Assembly (NCBI GenBank): GCA_013115125.1
Contig: JABANN010000143.1
Coordinates: 1-62,663 of the forward strand
Direction of reading: 5' to 3'
Origin: Perkinsus olseni
Lineage: Eukaryota
Length of the DNA stretch: 62,663 nucleotides
Below are positions 40,701-53,269 of the stretch, in pieces. Every line of letters starts with the position of its first letter. The first letter of the stretch is position 1. The notes beneath the pieces were generated by a model, which was not told the origin of the DNA, did not search any database, and saw nothing but the letters and a program-made list of their open reading frames with translations. The translations under genes and the position numbers were made by a program.

Positions 40701-43700
40701 GCGGTTTACGAGGTGACTCGCCAAGTTGAGCGCGTCGTTCGCTTTTCGCTAAACCCATGTTCAGGAGGGGTATCCATGGCTTTGGCCGTCTCGCTGTCCC
40801 GTTCGACATTCCTGGATGAGGATCAAGCCACTCAAGTCTTCTTCTATTATGGAGGTGATCGAACGGTTCGGGAATTGGGTCCGCCCATTTGGACACGAGC
40901 AGGCGTCGGGTGATCGTCTTTGAGCTACAGTCTTTGAGTCACTGTTGTCATCATTCTTCCTATTTGGGCCAGCCACCCGCTCATGTTATCATGAATACCA
41001 CAAGTGACTCATGCTACGGTCAAGTTCGACCAAACAACATTTGGTATCTGTAGGAAGACGGCTTCAGAGTTTACGGAGGCTATCTTTCCCGAGGCCGCGA
41101 GGCCTGCCCTTGCCTCCCGTGATAACGCCCTGGTAGCGGCTAGCAATGGGAGAACATTTTCCTACAGGGGTCAGCCTGCTATTGCAGGATGAAACTCCCG
41201 GCATCTCCCCCAGGGTTGTTCGACCAGTGATGTGGATGCCGAATCGAAGCGTGTGCCCGCATCAAGCGTGTATGATTCTGTGCTCGTACCGCAGGGCAAG
41301 GTGGGGGTGCCCAGTGGTGAATGAGGTTCTCGTTGGGATACTACCGATGGTTTTCGGATCGGCATTCCCCTGATATCGGAATTTCCGATTCGGAAAGTTG
41401 GTCGGATCTGGTCGGACGGATCATACTGGATGTCGGATCTCGAGAGGGTCAGTGACATATTGACCACCTTCTATACATGGAGGACCTGCGGGTATCCGTG
41501 GTCGCTGTACTTGTTGGTAGGAGCGAGAGGTACCTTGGGACAGCGTAAGCTTCCAAAGACAGTGCAGGCATTGCCGCCAAGATCGTAGCTCAAGGCTTGA
41601 ATGGGCTTGCAGTGACGTGAAATTTTTGCCTCAGCTAAAGGCCATCTTAGCTCAAACTAATCCAGGTGATGAACTCTTGTTGTGTCTCTTGTTGTATGAA
41701 AGACTTCATCCAGGGCGTGGCTGATATAGAGTCAAGAAATGAGACAGAGACGGAGGAAAGCAGCTGCGTTATTCAGCCTGAATATACTTCGCGGCACTCT
41801 AGATGGCCTGCAGTTCCTCTAATGCTTGCCAGAACTATTACATGTGGTCTCCGTGTTCCTGATAGCGCAAGACGGTTCATCATGGAGGCTGGCTTAACAA
41901 GCCAGGCTTAGCGTGTACTCAAGTTGCGTTGATTGGACCGGGTCGGATCGATCCGTGCCGCACGGGCGCAGGATATACTGATCTTTTGACCAGTTTAGTT
42001 GCTCGCTTTCAAAATCCCGTTTTCGTGAGTTGTCCCGTAATTTACTGCCGGGAAATGCTAGTATGACTTTGTATACTTAGGCCTAGCGTGGATGAGTTTG
42101 ATCATCAATGCCATGACCTGTGGGCCTCTAGTGGACTTCCTCGGTCTCTCCCGTCCACAAGTAAGTTGCACGGGGACAGGCGCCCGAGGAATCACCTGAT
42201 TTCAATTCAGTTCTCTGTAGTGATCAAAATGGAAGCTGTGAGAGCTCGGCTGCGCGACGCGATCTACGGACATGGACCAACGGGTGAGGCGGATGAACCA
42301 AATCTCATCGACCCTCGCAGATTTCGGCTGCCTCCTAGGCCCGGTGGAAGAGCTGTGTCCTAGCACGTGGAGGTATCTTCATGCTCAGCCAGAGGCTGTG
42401 TTGAACTGCTTGTTGCAGCACAGGTCGAGCATCACTGGAGGGCAACTCTATCATTACAAACCGAGTAGCGACAGTAGATCCTGACACGTCGATATGTCAC
42501 GTTCGTAGATCCCACATTCCGGAAGTCCTTAGCGGCGCTAAACTCGACAGAGGACTTAGGCTCTCATTCGTCCGTGGACGTCTCCAGCTCTGAGCTACTG
42601 AGTACACAACGAGAAACCTACCTGAATGTGCTGGGTGAGCTCTCTTCAGTTGCCACTGCAGAGGGTTGTTGGGCACTTGCAGTGGGAGGACGTTCGGTGT
42701 CACATTCATGTCGATTGAGTTTATCCACAGGACTTGCCTGACGTGAACTCGTTCCGGAAATGAGTAAATCTGTTCATGAATTCACTAGCGTAGTGCGATG
42801 GCATTGCCACAGGTATGTGTAACTCAACCGGGTTGTTGCCTTCGCCTTCGCTCGGACGCGCTTAGCTTGAAACTGTTTCCCCCTCATCTCAGCCAGTTTC
42901 TACACGCGAGCCTTGAAGGACGAGATCGTCCCTGGGCAACCGGAGATTGCTGGCTTACTGCTCAGGACGGTTGAGGACGCTAAAATGAAGGTGTGTTCCG
43001 CCAAGCATCAGCAGGCCGAGCTTCTACCGGAGAGGTCGCTCCTCTCCGGCGTGAAATGCCCGTTGTACCGCCGTGGCCGAACTGCCAGTTAGCAACTTGG
43101 CTGCGTTCACCTTTCCTTCAGGTTTTCGTCGGCCTCCGTGACTGGAAGGCTGTTCAGAATTTGCTCAGGGTTGGGCGAGATAAGCACACTCATATGAGGA
43201 ATGCCATGGTGGGTACATGAGATTTCGCGAAAATATGGTATGGATTTCTCGTGAGGGGGCAGTTTTGGTGAACTTTCTTCTATCAGATACTTCACCTCTT
43301 CATGGGATGTAGTCGGAAAACCGTGGAAGTAAGGGGGTGTCGGGGTGGCTGTGGGCCAATAGCTCGCGGGAGAGGACAACAGCGTCGTCATAAATAATTT
43401 AACTACCAAATTTGTGAATACACGCTGTAAATGGTGGTAAATCGTTGTTAGTGTAGATAACTCAACAAGAGTCGTTTAAAGTGGTTCTTGAGTTATAGCT
43501 ACAGTAATAACAGTAATACGTAAGCTAGGCTAGCAAGGGAGACAGTCACAAAGGGTGAGACACTCAATTGTGTACAACTTCTCCTCACAATCGTCCCTTG
43601 TAACGATGCCTTTTTTAGTCTTCAATTCAGCATTACTCAGTAAAACCCTTCAAATCACGAGTTATAATTAGGGCTCGATGGGATCGTGCGAAGAGGGCCA

Positions 43701-44851
43701 TCTTGAACTCTGGAAGATGGGAAGAATGCCACACCCGAAAAATTGAATGGCGGAACGTGTTGTGTTGCCTACCATTTTTGAGTATCTTTCGCTGTGCAGC
43801 TGCCATTGGTATCTCCCCTCCTCAGGCAGTGACCGAGTTACTCTGTCCGACCAGCGATAGGGAGCACGACCAGCAGCATGAAGGCAGCAAAATAGTCGAG
43901 CAGCTGAATAAGGTCTTCGCCAACTTGAAGGCAGGTCGTTTTGGCGATCCTGCCAGGCTTCTGCCGATCTCACAATCCGCAGCGAACTCGACCGAAGGTC
44001 TTACATGCGAAATGTATATACTCGCTGGCCGTTTCGCTTCGCTTCCAGTGGGACAATTTTCTATTTCCTGACTGTATCCAGCAAACTCATTTATGCGCTG
44101 ATTAGAGGTATCAATTCTCATAGAGGATTGTTTAGAACTTTCTCTGGATTGTTAGAGGATATCACATGCCTCGAGATATCAGTGTCTCTAATTTTCTCCT
44201 ACCCTGGGGAAGCTCTCTCGGATAGTGATTTTCAGCCAGTATGGACCAACGTCCGTTCGGAAGTGGAAGAGAATCTTGGGGAAGCCGAGGCCCTGCTGGG
44301 TCGGATGCCCGCGAGAATTGTTCATCTCTCGCACAGGTGAGGCGTCTCCCGGAAGCTTCCAATTTGATCAGCGTAGAGACTCGTGAGCTCGTTGGGCATG
44401 GTACACGATCCTTTCACCAACAATTGCCTTTGAATTATTCAACTACAGCTGTCGTGTTCGCGAAGCTGCATCTTGAGGGAGGTCACTTGGAGTCGCCTGT
44501 CTATCGCTAAAATGTGTATTTTATGCGGTGATGCAAGACAGCAGGTATCAGAAGGTCGGAGAGGTCATCCAGCGGCTACAAGCTGAGCTTTCCCGTATCA
44601 TCGACTCAGGCCTCCTCGACCAGACAGGTAGAGCGGTTTCGTTGTTTTGGACAACTCTTCCTCGGCGGCTTCCACAGAGGCTCAGTCGGTGCTAGAGCAT
44701 ATAGACGAGGATATTCACCGTTTGCAGAACAGCATGGACTTGCCGGGGAGAAGCCCGACCTTGCTGGTGTAGGAATACGTCTGCTTCGCTGCGCCACGAA
44801 ATTGTATGAATCATCAGGAGGAAGGATGACATCTCGCTGGAGGACGAGTAA
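37739..44851 (+). CDS. SOS1/SLC9C-like CPA1 Na+/H+ exchanger with a long cytosolic tail, many introns; true start probably further upstream
   Basis: WLTVDPHLMCFVFIPMLMFGD, FGAVVSGTEPTAAIWILRALG, TESLLGDG, SFFIAEVYFGMSGVITT, FWSVMEFVSNAVVFFLGG and AWSGGLRG-GVSMALAVSL. Confidence 0.8.
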
Positions 44852-45001
44852 ACAGGCGCCGAGTACTCATTCAGGCTTCCATGCTTGTTGTTGCCATTTC
44901 CGAGGTATCATGAGAATGGAAGATCGCGTTACAGTGGGCCCTAACGGCTGTAGGGAAGGGGGAATGAATTCTCGTCTCTGCAGTGTTTATTGCTTGTTTA
45001 C

Positions 45002-45799
45002 ATGGCTAAGTCACCGGAGAAGTCCGCGGTCCATTCTTGTTTCTGCTGTTTTCCTCGAGGGCGTTCGAGCCCTGCTGTTCCTGAGGGCTCCAATGGCGGT
45101 AGCATAATATGGCACGGAGGATTGCCGTACAGAATTGAAGACGATGTTATGGAAGGGAAGAACGCGCAGTACAAGTATGTAGAGACTGAGGTTAAGCTGA
45201 CAGAAGAAGTGTCGTTGAAAGTGATGGAACAGCCTGACAGACCGTCGATCGCTGCGGTCCTTTGGCCGAGTGGAAGGCTTCTCGCCCGAGCGATTATTGA
45301 GGGTCGGGTTCCGCTGCCTTCTCGCGGAAGAGTGATCGAAATCGGTGCTGGCGTTGGGCTGCCGAGTCTGGCGGCAGCGAAGAAGTATCCTGAGCTCGAC
45401 GTGACGGTCACTGATCGACCTGAGGTTCGCGGCTTGATATCTGCAAACATCGAGGCCAACGGGCTACAAGGGCATGCGAGAGCTGAGGCATTTGACTGGT
45501 CGAACAGAGCTCATCATGGCAAGATTCGCGCGCAGAAGTGGGACGTGGTTTTGGCGGCAGATGTTGTTTACTTCGAAGAGCAGGATCCATTGCTATATGC
45601 TCTCTCTGCTGTTGCTGAGGACCGCCCGGAGACTTTGGTCGTTTTGGCGTACAGGACTCGGACGCCTGAGGATCTTGAATACCTTCAGAGTCGAGTGCTC
45701 TCGGCGTTCAGATTGGTGGACAGATTCTCGATGGAGGCTCCGGGCTGCGGGCGATCGGAGATACTGTCTCTAAGATGGAGAGGCGATGGGAGTTGTTGA
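45002..45799 (+). CDS. Class I SAM-dependent lysine methyltransferase (Methyltransf_16, METTL21-like), intronless
   Basis: AAVLWPSGRLLA, VIEIGAGVGLPSL, VTDRPEV, FDW and WDVVLAADVVY. Confidence 0.92.
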   Translation: MAKSPEKSAVHSCFCCFPRGRSSPAVPEGSNGGSIIWHGGLPYRIEDDVMEGKNAQYKYVETEVKLTEEVSLKVMEQPDRPSIAAVLWPSGRLLARAIIEGRVPLPSRGRVIEIGAGVGLPSLAAAKKYPELDVTVTDRPEVRGLISANIEANGLQGHARAEAFDWSNRAHHGKIRAQKWDVVLAADVVYFEEQDPLLYALSAVAEDRPETLVVLAYRTRTPEDLEYLQSRVLSAFRLVDRFSMEAPGCGRSEILSLRWRGDGSC

Positions 45800-46170
45800 T
45801 AGACATTATTGTTGTGTTGGTCAAGGGAAAGTGTATGGGCTGATCCCATCGGAACTCAATTATTGGCTGTAGATCTGATCCTTCCTGCAATAGAAGCTTT
45901 CCCCTTGTATATCCTGGATATAAGCTCGAACCGCAGATCATCGAGCATCGGAAAGGGTAGGCATTTCTCGTTCGCCTCGGGCGCGCTCCTGTGTTATAAT
46001 CCGAGCTGCGTACCGTTTCCGTAGGTCCGCCGTGACCTTGTGGCTCGCAAAATACGAAAGCAGCGCTTCATCGCGAAGCGCTCGCTCTACAATGGTTTTC
46101 GTGTTTTGTGAAAAAAGCCTTTTTTGTGTCAGCCTTGGGGAGATTTGCTAACGTTCATCCCCTCGAATTT

Positions 46171-47199
46171 ATGAGAATCCACGTCGTTGTATGCCTAGTG
46201 ACAGTCCTCTTCGCTGCTGTAAACGCTGAAGATAGGTACTGCTACGATACTAGCCGGTATAAGCTGTGTGCACTCGTGAATTCGGCAAAGAAGCAGCATC
46301 TGCTGAACTTCAAGGTCGAGCCGGCGTCAAGCAAGCGTCCGAGAATTAGATTCGCCACAGGAAATTTGTCCTTTAGAAGCCAGCGAGAAGGTCGGTGCTG
46401 GGTTCCAAGGGGGCCAGTGACTGATGCTCACGAGGAGATGTTCTCCGGTGTGAGAGAAATCACAAAGCTTTCATGGATGCTTCTCAAGAACATCAAAGTA
46501 TGTCCAATAAGGGATGGCATATCAATCGTTGATGCCGCTAAGCGCACTCACAGACGACTTGTCCTGAAGAATGTCCGAAGCGGTGCGGAGGAAAAGCACC
46601 GGCTTGAGGATGCGTCGAGACCTCTCCTCGCTAATAGAAAGAGGAAGAGCCCGGCGGGATTCGGCGCCCACATCACCGAACCGCAGTCCTGTGGAAGGAG
46701 GGAAGACGCTCTGTCGAGTGGCAATCCGGGCCGCTTGTCTCGTGCAATGCCCAGTGGACGATTCTGCAACGCAGATTGGGTACGTGGACTGACTCGCATG
46801 ATGGTGGATTTGAGCAGTCATGGGGAAATCGTTAAAGCGACCTTCATGTTCTTTCTCAATGACACATTGCCTGGGACTGGCTTGAAAGGCACATATTTCA
46901 CTCGTTCTCTCCCACTATCATCGTCTCCTCTTGTGCCTGGCCGTCCCGGGCTGTCACTGTGGAGCGTCGAACGGAGTTTGGTGGATTCTGGCGACCTTGG
47001 AGGCAACGACAAGATTCTTGAGGCCGTCGGGAAGGAGGCAAGCATACCACTACTCGATACTACAAACCTCCACATCCTTTCTGACGAAAACAGCGGGAGC
47101 ATCGGAGCCTTCTTAGGGAGCGGCGATGCTCTCGGGACTCCGGCTCTGTGGGTCCCTTTGGCGAGAACGGCCTGTAGTATTGTACACCACTACCTGTGA
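46171..47199 (+). CDS. Secreted lineage-specific protein, paralog 1
   Basis: Signal-peptide-like MRIHVVVCLVTVLFAAVNA, then YC..KLC; central NRKRKSP; MPSGRFCN domain; clearly homologous to the genes at 48966 and 51026. Confidence 0.85.
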   Translation: MRIHVVVCLVTVLFAAVNAEDRYCYDTSRYKLCALVNSAKKQHLLNFKVEPASSKRPRIRFATGNLSFRSQREGRCWVPRGPVTDAHEEMFSGVREITKLSWMLLKNIKVCPIRDGISIVDAAKRTHRRLVLKNVRSGAEEKHRLEDASRPLLANRKRKSPAGFGAHITEPQSCGRREDALSSGNPGRLSRAMPSGRFCNADWVRGLTRMMVDLSSHGEIVKATFMFFLNDTLPGTGLKGTYFTRSLPLSSSPLVPGRPGLSLWSVERSLVDSGDLGGNDKILEAVGKEASIPLLDTTNLHILSDENSGSIGAFLGSGDALGTPALWVPLARTACSIVHHYL

Positions 47200-48965
47200 A
47201 GTTCTAATTTCAGAGCCTGCTCAGACTTGAATCTCCGCCACAGATGTTTGTTACATCGTATTTCTATTTCTAAAGCGTATTTATCTCGTTGCTACTCGGG
47301 TTGATTTTATCGTTATATTCATTTGTTGCGAGTTGTCGATGGTGTGGTATCATAAGCTCGGTGTTGCAGTCGGGTGACCAACAGCATCGGAGACGTGTTT
47401 CTAGTATCAGTAAATGCGGAGCGGAAGTATCTCTGACATAGGATTTGTTTGACAGTCTTGGGATCTCGGCGAGCATCTCGGTTATGAGATGGGAGTCGCC
47501 TCAGCCTCTGTCACACATTTTTAGCTATCCTATAGCTGCTATAGCAAGCAAGTATCAGCAACACTATAGCTACAGTACAGCTGTGATGGCATTTTCAATA
47601 ATGGCAGTGCGTTCTCTTCTTCGTCACAAGCCTTCGACGCCAATCCTTGATAGGGTGGAATAAACCTTCTCTCGGTCTCGCCAAGGAATGTTTCTCCTAT
47701 GGGGAACGCTCGTTATGGTGCTGTTGCATATTTCTTTGATCTTCTTGAGAAGGCCTTTTCGAGTCGGTGTCGCCGACTCGGTGATTCTTCACTTCGAGTT
47801 GCCTATCATGCCCACCCTTTGCGCTGATTTGGGTAGCTACAAATTTGTGCAGAATATTGTAGCGCGCAAAATTTGAGTAATCGATACACTCCCTGTGTCG
47901 AAGGAAAATCCAAGGTAGTCCGCTGCAGGAGACAATCGTGTGTGTGCGTGCGAGGCGCTCATCGTGAGAGGTTAGCGTCTCCTGTCGATGTTTTTGACCC
48001 ACCCGTCCCTCCCTCAGGGGGGGGGGTCGCCTGGTAGGAGTGTCTCCTTCCCGACTGATCCATTCACGACTCGAGCCCTTCTCCCATTGTATGTTACGCG
48101 AGGTCGCGGACGAAAGAATTTTCGAGCGGCTCTGTCCGGTGAAATTCGAAAATACGGAACGCTGCTGTACCCATTTCTGCCCTAGAGCACATCTCAAGCA
48201 TCTTGATATCTGTTGTATTGTCCCAAAGCTGCCGAGGGATTTGAGGATAGAAGACGAGAGGACCCGGCTAGACGATAGCTGGAATATGAACTTGGGATTC
48301 ACGCAGCTTTTCCGAATTCGTGCACTCATGACACAAGTGACGGGCTTCGTCCATAATAGGTTACCTGATTCAGGAACTATTTCCAAAGCTCCCTCAAAGC
48401 AAGCCTCACCTCAACTTGAGCCCGGGGGATCTCATTGATGGAACAACGCCGAGAGTGGTAGAGAGTAAAGTCTTCAGTCTTACACAGTACTCATGGGATG
48501 AACTATTCTGAATTCCTCGTCGCAACTCAGAGTAAGAGCGGTGACGGTGCGGTGAACACCGCTCAGAGTGGTCCGCTATCCGTCACCGCAATTGTTGCTC
48601 GTCACTGACGAGCAATTCGTTAAAAAATGCATGAGTCTCGTTCGTTAACATGTCGGAGATCCTCAGCCTCCAAGAAAAGCGGAGGCCAGTTACTCGGTGC
48701 GACTATAAGCCCGAGGTGCTCGAAGCTAGAAGAGGACGGACGTTTCTCGCTCGCCTTGGGCGCGCTTCTGTGCCATCGACGGAGCTGAGTATCGTTTCCA
48801 TAGGTCGGTCGTGGTCTTGTGACTCGCGTATTGCGAAAGCCGCGTTTCATCGCAGAGCGCTCGCTGCACTATGTGCAATCGCGGGTTTTCGTGGAACATG
48901 AAAGAAGCCTTAGCTTTGACGTCTCAGCCCAGGGGAGATTTTACGACGTTTATTCCGTCGAATTG

Positions 48966-49991
48966 ATGAGGGTTCACGTCGTCGTATACCTGGTCGCAGC
49001 CCTCTTCGTTCCTGTGACCGGCGAAGATGTTTACTGCCACAGGACCAGCAAGTATGAGTTGTGTGCTACGGTGAGCTCCGCAAAGAATCAACATCTGCTG
49101 AACTTCAAGGCTACGCCGTTCTCTGAGGGACCGAAAATAAGATTCGCCACCGGCGACTAGCCCTTTGTAAAGCAGCGAGACAGTGGGTGCTGGGTTCCAA
49201 GGGGGCCAGTGACTGATGCTCACGAGGAGATGTTCTCCGGTGTGAGAGAAATTACCAAGCTCCCATGGATGGTTCTCAAGAACATCAGAGTGTGTGCAAG
49301 GAGGGATGGCATATTAATCATTGATGCCGCTAAGAGCAGTCGTAGAGTTTTCTTAACGAATACTCGATCCACCACGGAGGGAAACTTTTTCTTTGAGGGC
49401 CGACTTGAGGATGCCCTCAGACCTCTCCTAGCGAATAGAAAGAGGAAGAGCCCGGGCGCCGACATCACCGAACCGCGGCCTCTTGAGAGAGGGGGAGACC
49501 CTCTGTCCAGCGGCCATCGTGAGAGATCGTCCCGTGGAATGCCCAGTGGGCACTTCTGCAATGCCCAGCCTGTAGGTGGACTGACTAAGCTGTTGGTGAC
49601 TTTGGTCAATGATGGTGAAACAGTTAATGCATCACTCGTGTTCTTCGGCGATAAACCACTGCCCCCGGTCGGCATGAAAAGGGTACAGGTTATCAGTTCT
49701 CTACCACTATCGTCGTCGTCTCTCGTGCCTGGCCGGCCCGGGCTGTCATTGTGGAGCGTCGAGCGGAGTTTGGCGGATTCTGCCTACATTAAGCGCACAG
49801 ACAAGATTCTGGAGGCAGTCGGGGAGGAGGCAAGCATACCATTACTCGATACTACAAACCTCCACATCCTTTCTGACGAAAACAGCGGGAGCATCGGAGC
49901 CTTCTTCGGTAGCAGCGATGCTCTCGGGACTCCGGCACTTCGGGTCCCTTTGGCGAGAACGGCCTGTCGGATTCTGGACCACAATTTGTGA
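48966..49991 (+). pseudogene. Secreted family paralog 2 with a single in-frame TAG (49158-49160)
   Basis: Colinear with paralog 1; a TTG(Leu) codon there is TAG here; the frame is otherwise intact to TGA at 49989-49991. Confidence 0.8.
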
Positions 49992-51025
49992 ATTTCGATT
50001 TCCGTAGGAGAATCTCCGCCAGAGACGTTTGTTGCACCGTGTCTCCACTTTCAAGGCGTATTTATCTAGTTGTCACTCGGGTTGTATCGTCTTATTCATT
50101 TGCTAACGTTGTGAGGTGTCGATGGTGTGGTATCATAAACTTGGTGCTGCAATCAACGGCAACGGAGAAGTGTTCGAGTATCAATAAAGGCTCAGCGCAA
50201 GTCCGGTCCGCATAAGGATTCGTTTGAAAGTCTTGGAACCTTGGCGTGCATCCACTTGCCGGAGAGTTCTTCTCCGAGGCGACATGGACGATCGCGCCCT
50301 GGCTCGTTTAACTCTACTAAAGAGTGGCTGAAAGCGTACCGCGAATACGCCGAAAATTTCTGGTCGGGGTTGAGCTCAGGCCGCAGTCGGACGCCGCGAA
50401 GCTTCCATGAGACGCGGCTCACGACTTGTAGGTCATGATGAGACCCGAGTGGACTCGCTCGAAACCCCGAGATGAGCCTCTGAGTCAGATCTCAGTTCCT
50501 TGAAGTGAGCCGCAAGCGCTTCTTAGGTCAAGAGAGGAAGTATGAGCTCACACTGTGAGCCTCACAGTCAAGCGGGCTCTGCTTACCAGAATCGAGTGGC
50601 TCGATAGAGACGGCTTTAGCGAGTCGTGCGCCACGATCCGCGCAGAGGGCCTTTTCCATGATGGGACGAGCGATTCCGCGTTGCTCGTGAGACGACGCAG
50701 GCAACTTTACTTCCTGGCACCGATATAAATCAGTCTTACAGTAGATTTATAGGAGGTACGTGTACCCTCGGAAATCTGAGGGTTCTGTTGGGCAGCAAAC
50801 CGCCATCAGAGTCGCCCAGGAAGTCTGTGCGACTCTATCTCAGTGATGGAAGTTTGCTGAGTCTGGGCCAGACTCAACAGACTGGCACGTCTGTCAAAGA
50901 CTTAGCGACAGCGTCGCTGCGACACCGTTAATAACAGCGTGCGGCGATCCCTGTATGGCTCGAGGCTCCCCTCAGCGGCTCACTTCAGTCCTGGTCCAGT
51001 CGTTGGTTGTTCTCCTTTCTTGTGA

Positions 51026-52054
51026 ATGACGAGGTCTCGCCTCCCTCTGATCATGGCCATGAGTATCTTCCCAGAGCTTGTTCAGAGTGACGATGTTTAC
51101 TGTCACAATGAGGCGCAGTACAAGTTGTGTGTGACGGTGAGGTCAGCTGAGGAGGATCCTTCCCTCCAGTTCGGGGTGACGACGTTTTCGAAACCTCCGA
51201 GGAAATTCGTAACAGAAGATATGCCTTTCGTGTGGAATACAGACGACCAGTGCTGGATTCCAAGAGACCGAGTCTCCGGCAAAGGAAGGAGGGCTGCTAG
51301 TGAGATAAGGAGAACTGCCAAGCTCGAGTGGTTTTATTTTTCTACCCTTAAAGTGTGTCCAGGTGGAGATGTCATAACGATATTTGATACAGCTGACGAA
51401 AGCAACTCGCTTGTCTTGACGAACATCCGGGCCAGTGCGAAGAAGCGTCGCCGTAGCTATACGCTCGGGACCGTCCAGCCGAGTAGAAAGAGGGAGGGAG
51501 TGAGCGCTCCGACGACTCCGTCACGGCAATCAGTGAAAGGCAGGGGTGCTGCGTCGAAAGACCGCGTTGAAGCTCGGAAGGGCATATCTCATGGAATGCC
51601 CATGGGGAAGTTCTGTAATGCTGAGCCCATCCATGGTCTGGCCAGTTTTTGGGTGGACCTGATGGGGGACTACAAGACTGTTAATGGAACCTTCCATTTC
51701 TACGGCAGCGAGCCGTCGCCCAAGACCGGGTTCAAGGAGTTACGCAGCACCGGTTCTCTACCGCTAGCAAGATATTCTCTTGCGCATGGTCCCGGCGATG
51801 AAGTTGTGTTGTGGAGCGTTGCACGCGAGCTCACCGAAGACAAGTCCATCAATCCAGCCAATGACGTCCTGGAAACAGTGGGGAAGGAAACAGGCCTGCC
51901 CTTACTCAACGTTACCAATATTCATATTGCTTTCGACCAAGCCAGCATGAGTATGGCAGCCGTCTTTGCGAGTGAAGACATCTTTGGGTCTCCGGCGCTG
52001 TGGGTCGCCCTCAATGATACGGAGGCCTGTGGGGTCTCGTCTCTCTCGCACTGA
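51026..52054 (+). CDS. Secreted family paralog 3 (more diverged)
   Basis: DVYCH..YKLCVTV, CWIPR, LKVCP, KKRRR, MPMGKFCNAEP, LWSVAREL and PALWVAL are shared with paralogs 1 and 2. Confidence 0.85.
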   Translation: MTRSRLPLIMAMSIFPELVQSDDVYCHNEAQYKLCVTVRSAEEDPSLQFGVTTFSKPPRKFVTEDMPFVWNTDDQCWIPRDRVSGKGRRAASEIRRTAKLEWFYFSTLKVCPGGDVITIFDTADESNSLVLTNIRASAKKRRRSYTLGTVQPSRKREGVSAPTTPSRQSVKGRGAASKDRVEARKGISHGMPMGKFCNAEPIHGLASFWVDLMGDYKTVNGTFHFYGSEPSPKTGFKELRSTGSLPLARYSLAHGPGDEVVLWSVARELTEDKSINPANDVLETVGKETGLPLLNVTNIHIAFDQASMSMAAVFASEDIFGSPALWVALNDTEACGVSSLSH

Positions 52055-53269
52055 TGCCGGGAAGAATCTCGTCTCGTCTGTTACCGCTGACCCAGCGGCG
52101 CTGGGTGACAGCCTGGGCGGTAGCAATGTCACCACCGTCGTCCGTACCCGAGGGTCTTTATCTTTATCAACCGATATTCGAGAACGCTTTGTTCGTTCGT
52201 GTACATGAGAATCGCTCGTTGTTGTGCGATATCGCATTCCGCGTTCAGTATAAGAATGAGTTGCGCCCCGAAAACTATGGGGTCGCAACTACGTTGAAAG
52301 GGGGATGATTGGCGCTTCGAAGAGCGCCGTTACTTTGGGGATGATGTTATGACTACCGAGTCACTCGGTAGTCATAACATGACTGTCATCACATCACATC
52401 CCAGCACTGTGCTGGGATGTGATGAGTCTCATACGTGGCAGAGGGATCTCTTCGAAAGTTCCTAGACTTTAGCTCCGCGGAGCGTTGGCCGGTGATTTTG
52501 AAGTAAATAGAGCTGAAGCCCCGGTGAAGTGTCGCGACAGGCTCAATGAAGTTGTGATCAGCTTTTGTACTGTCCATCACGTCGTCGCGGATGACGTTCT
52601 CACTTAATGTCGCCGTTACGGGAATGCTGTTAGGATTATCGCGGAGGTCCTTGCGGAGCTAGTAGGTGGTTCGATTGGGGTCAGAGTGAGTGAGAGAGAT
52701 CCTGAGTGGAGTGACGTTTGTTATCCACATAGCCTCCCGCCGAGCCTGGACATGAGGCGCGACAAGCCCTCTTTCGTTGAAACGCGGTTTCATCGTTGGC
52801 CGATGACATGACGCGCCCTGCGTGGTACTCCGGCCCACGTCCCAACGCCGGAGAGGGTAAATTATCTTTCGGTAGGCCCAAATAAAAACTCACGATTCCA
52901 CTTATTATGTAGCTCTTAGGTTTTTCATGGTTGAGAGAACTCGGAGTCCTGCTGAGGAGCCTTAATCTTCAATCTGTCGCATTTCGATGAATTAGTATCT
53001 ATACTATTGGACACCGTGGGTCATCTTGCTATACCGTGAGTGTGCAGTTCGTCGTGTGTACTGAACACAACGAGAGACGGGCGCACAAATAGATAAGCTA
53101 CTGCAGCTACGACATCACAGCTTCGAATAAAGTAGGGAGGTGTGAATGATGAAGGGAAAAATGGCACTGAAGAGGCTGATTGATAGCACTTGCAGAGGGG
53201 ACACTGATTGAACAGGACGGCCCGCTTGTCGTCCGGCTAATACAACCAGCCGTGCAGAAATTAGGGTTA

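Noticed and set aside
41641-41655. GCCATCTTAGCTCAA resembles part of the perkinsid/dinoflagellate spliced leader
   Set aside because: It lies in a probable coding exon of the exchanger (LKAILAQTNP), is partial and mismatched, and lacks SL-RNA context; likely chance
47688-48438. ORFs between secreted paralogs 1 and 2
   Set aside because: Fragmented, with no clear homology to the family; possibly a pseudogene remnant but unsupported
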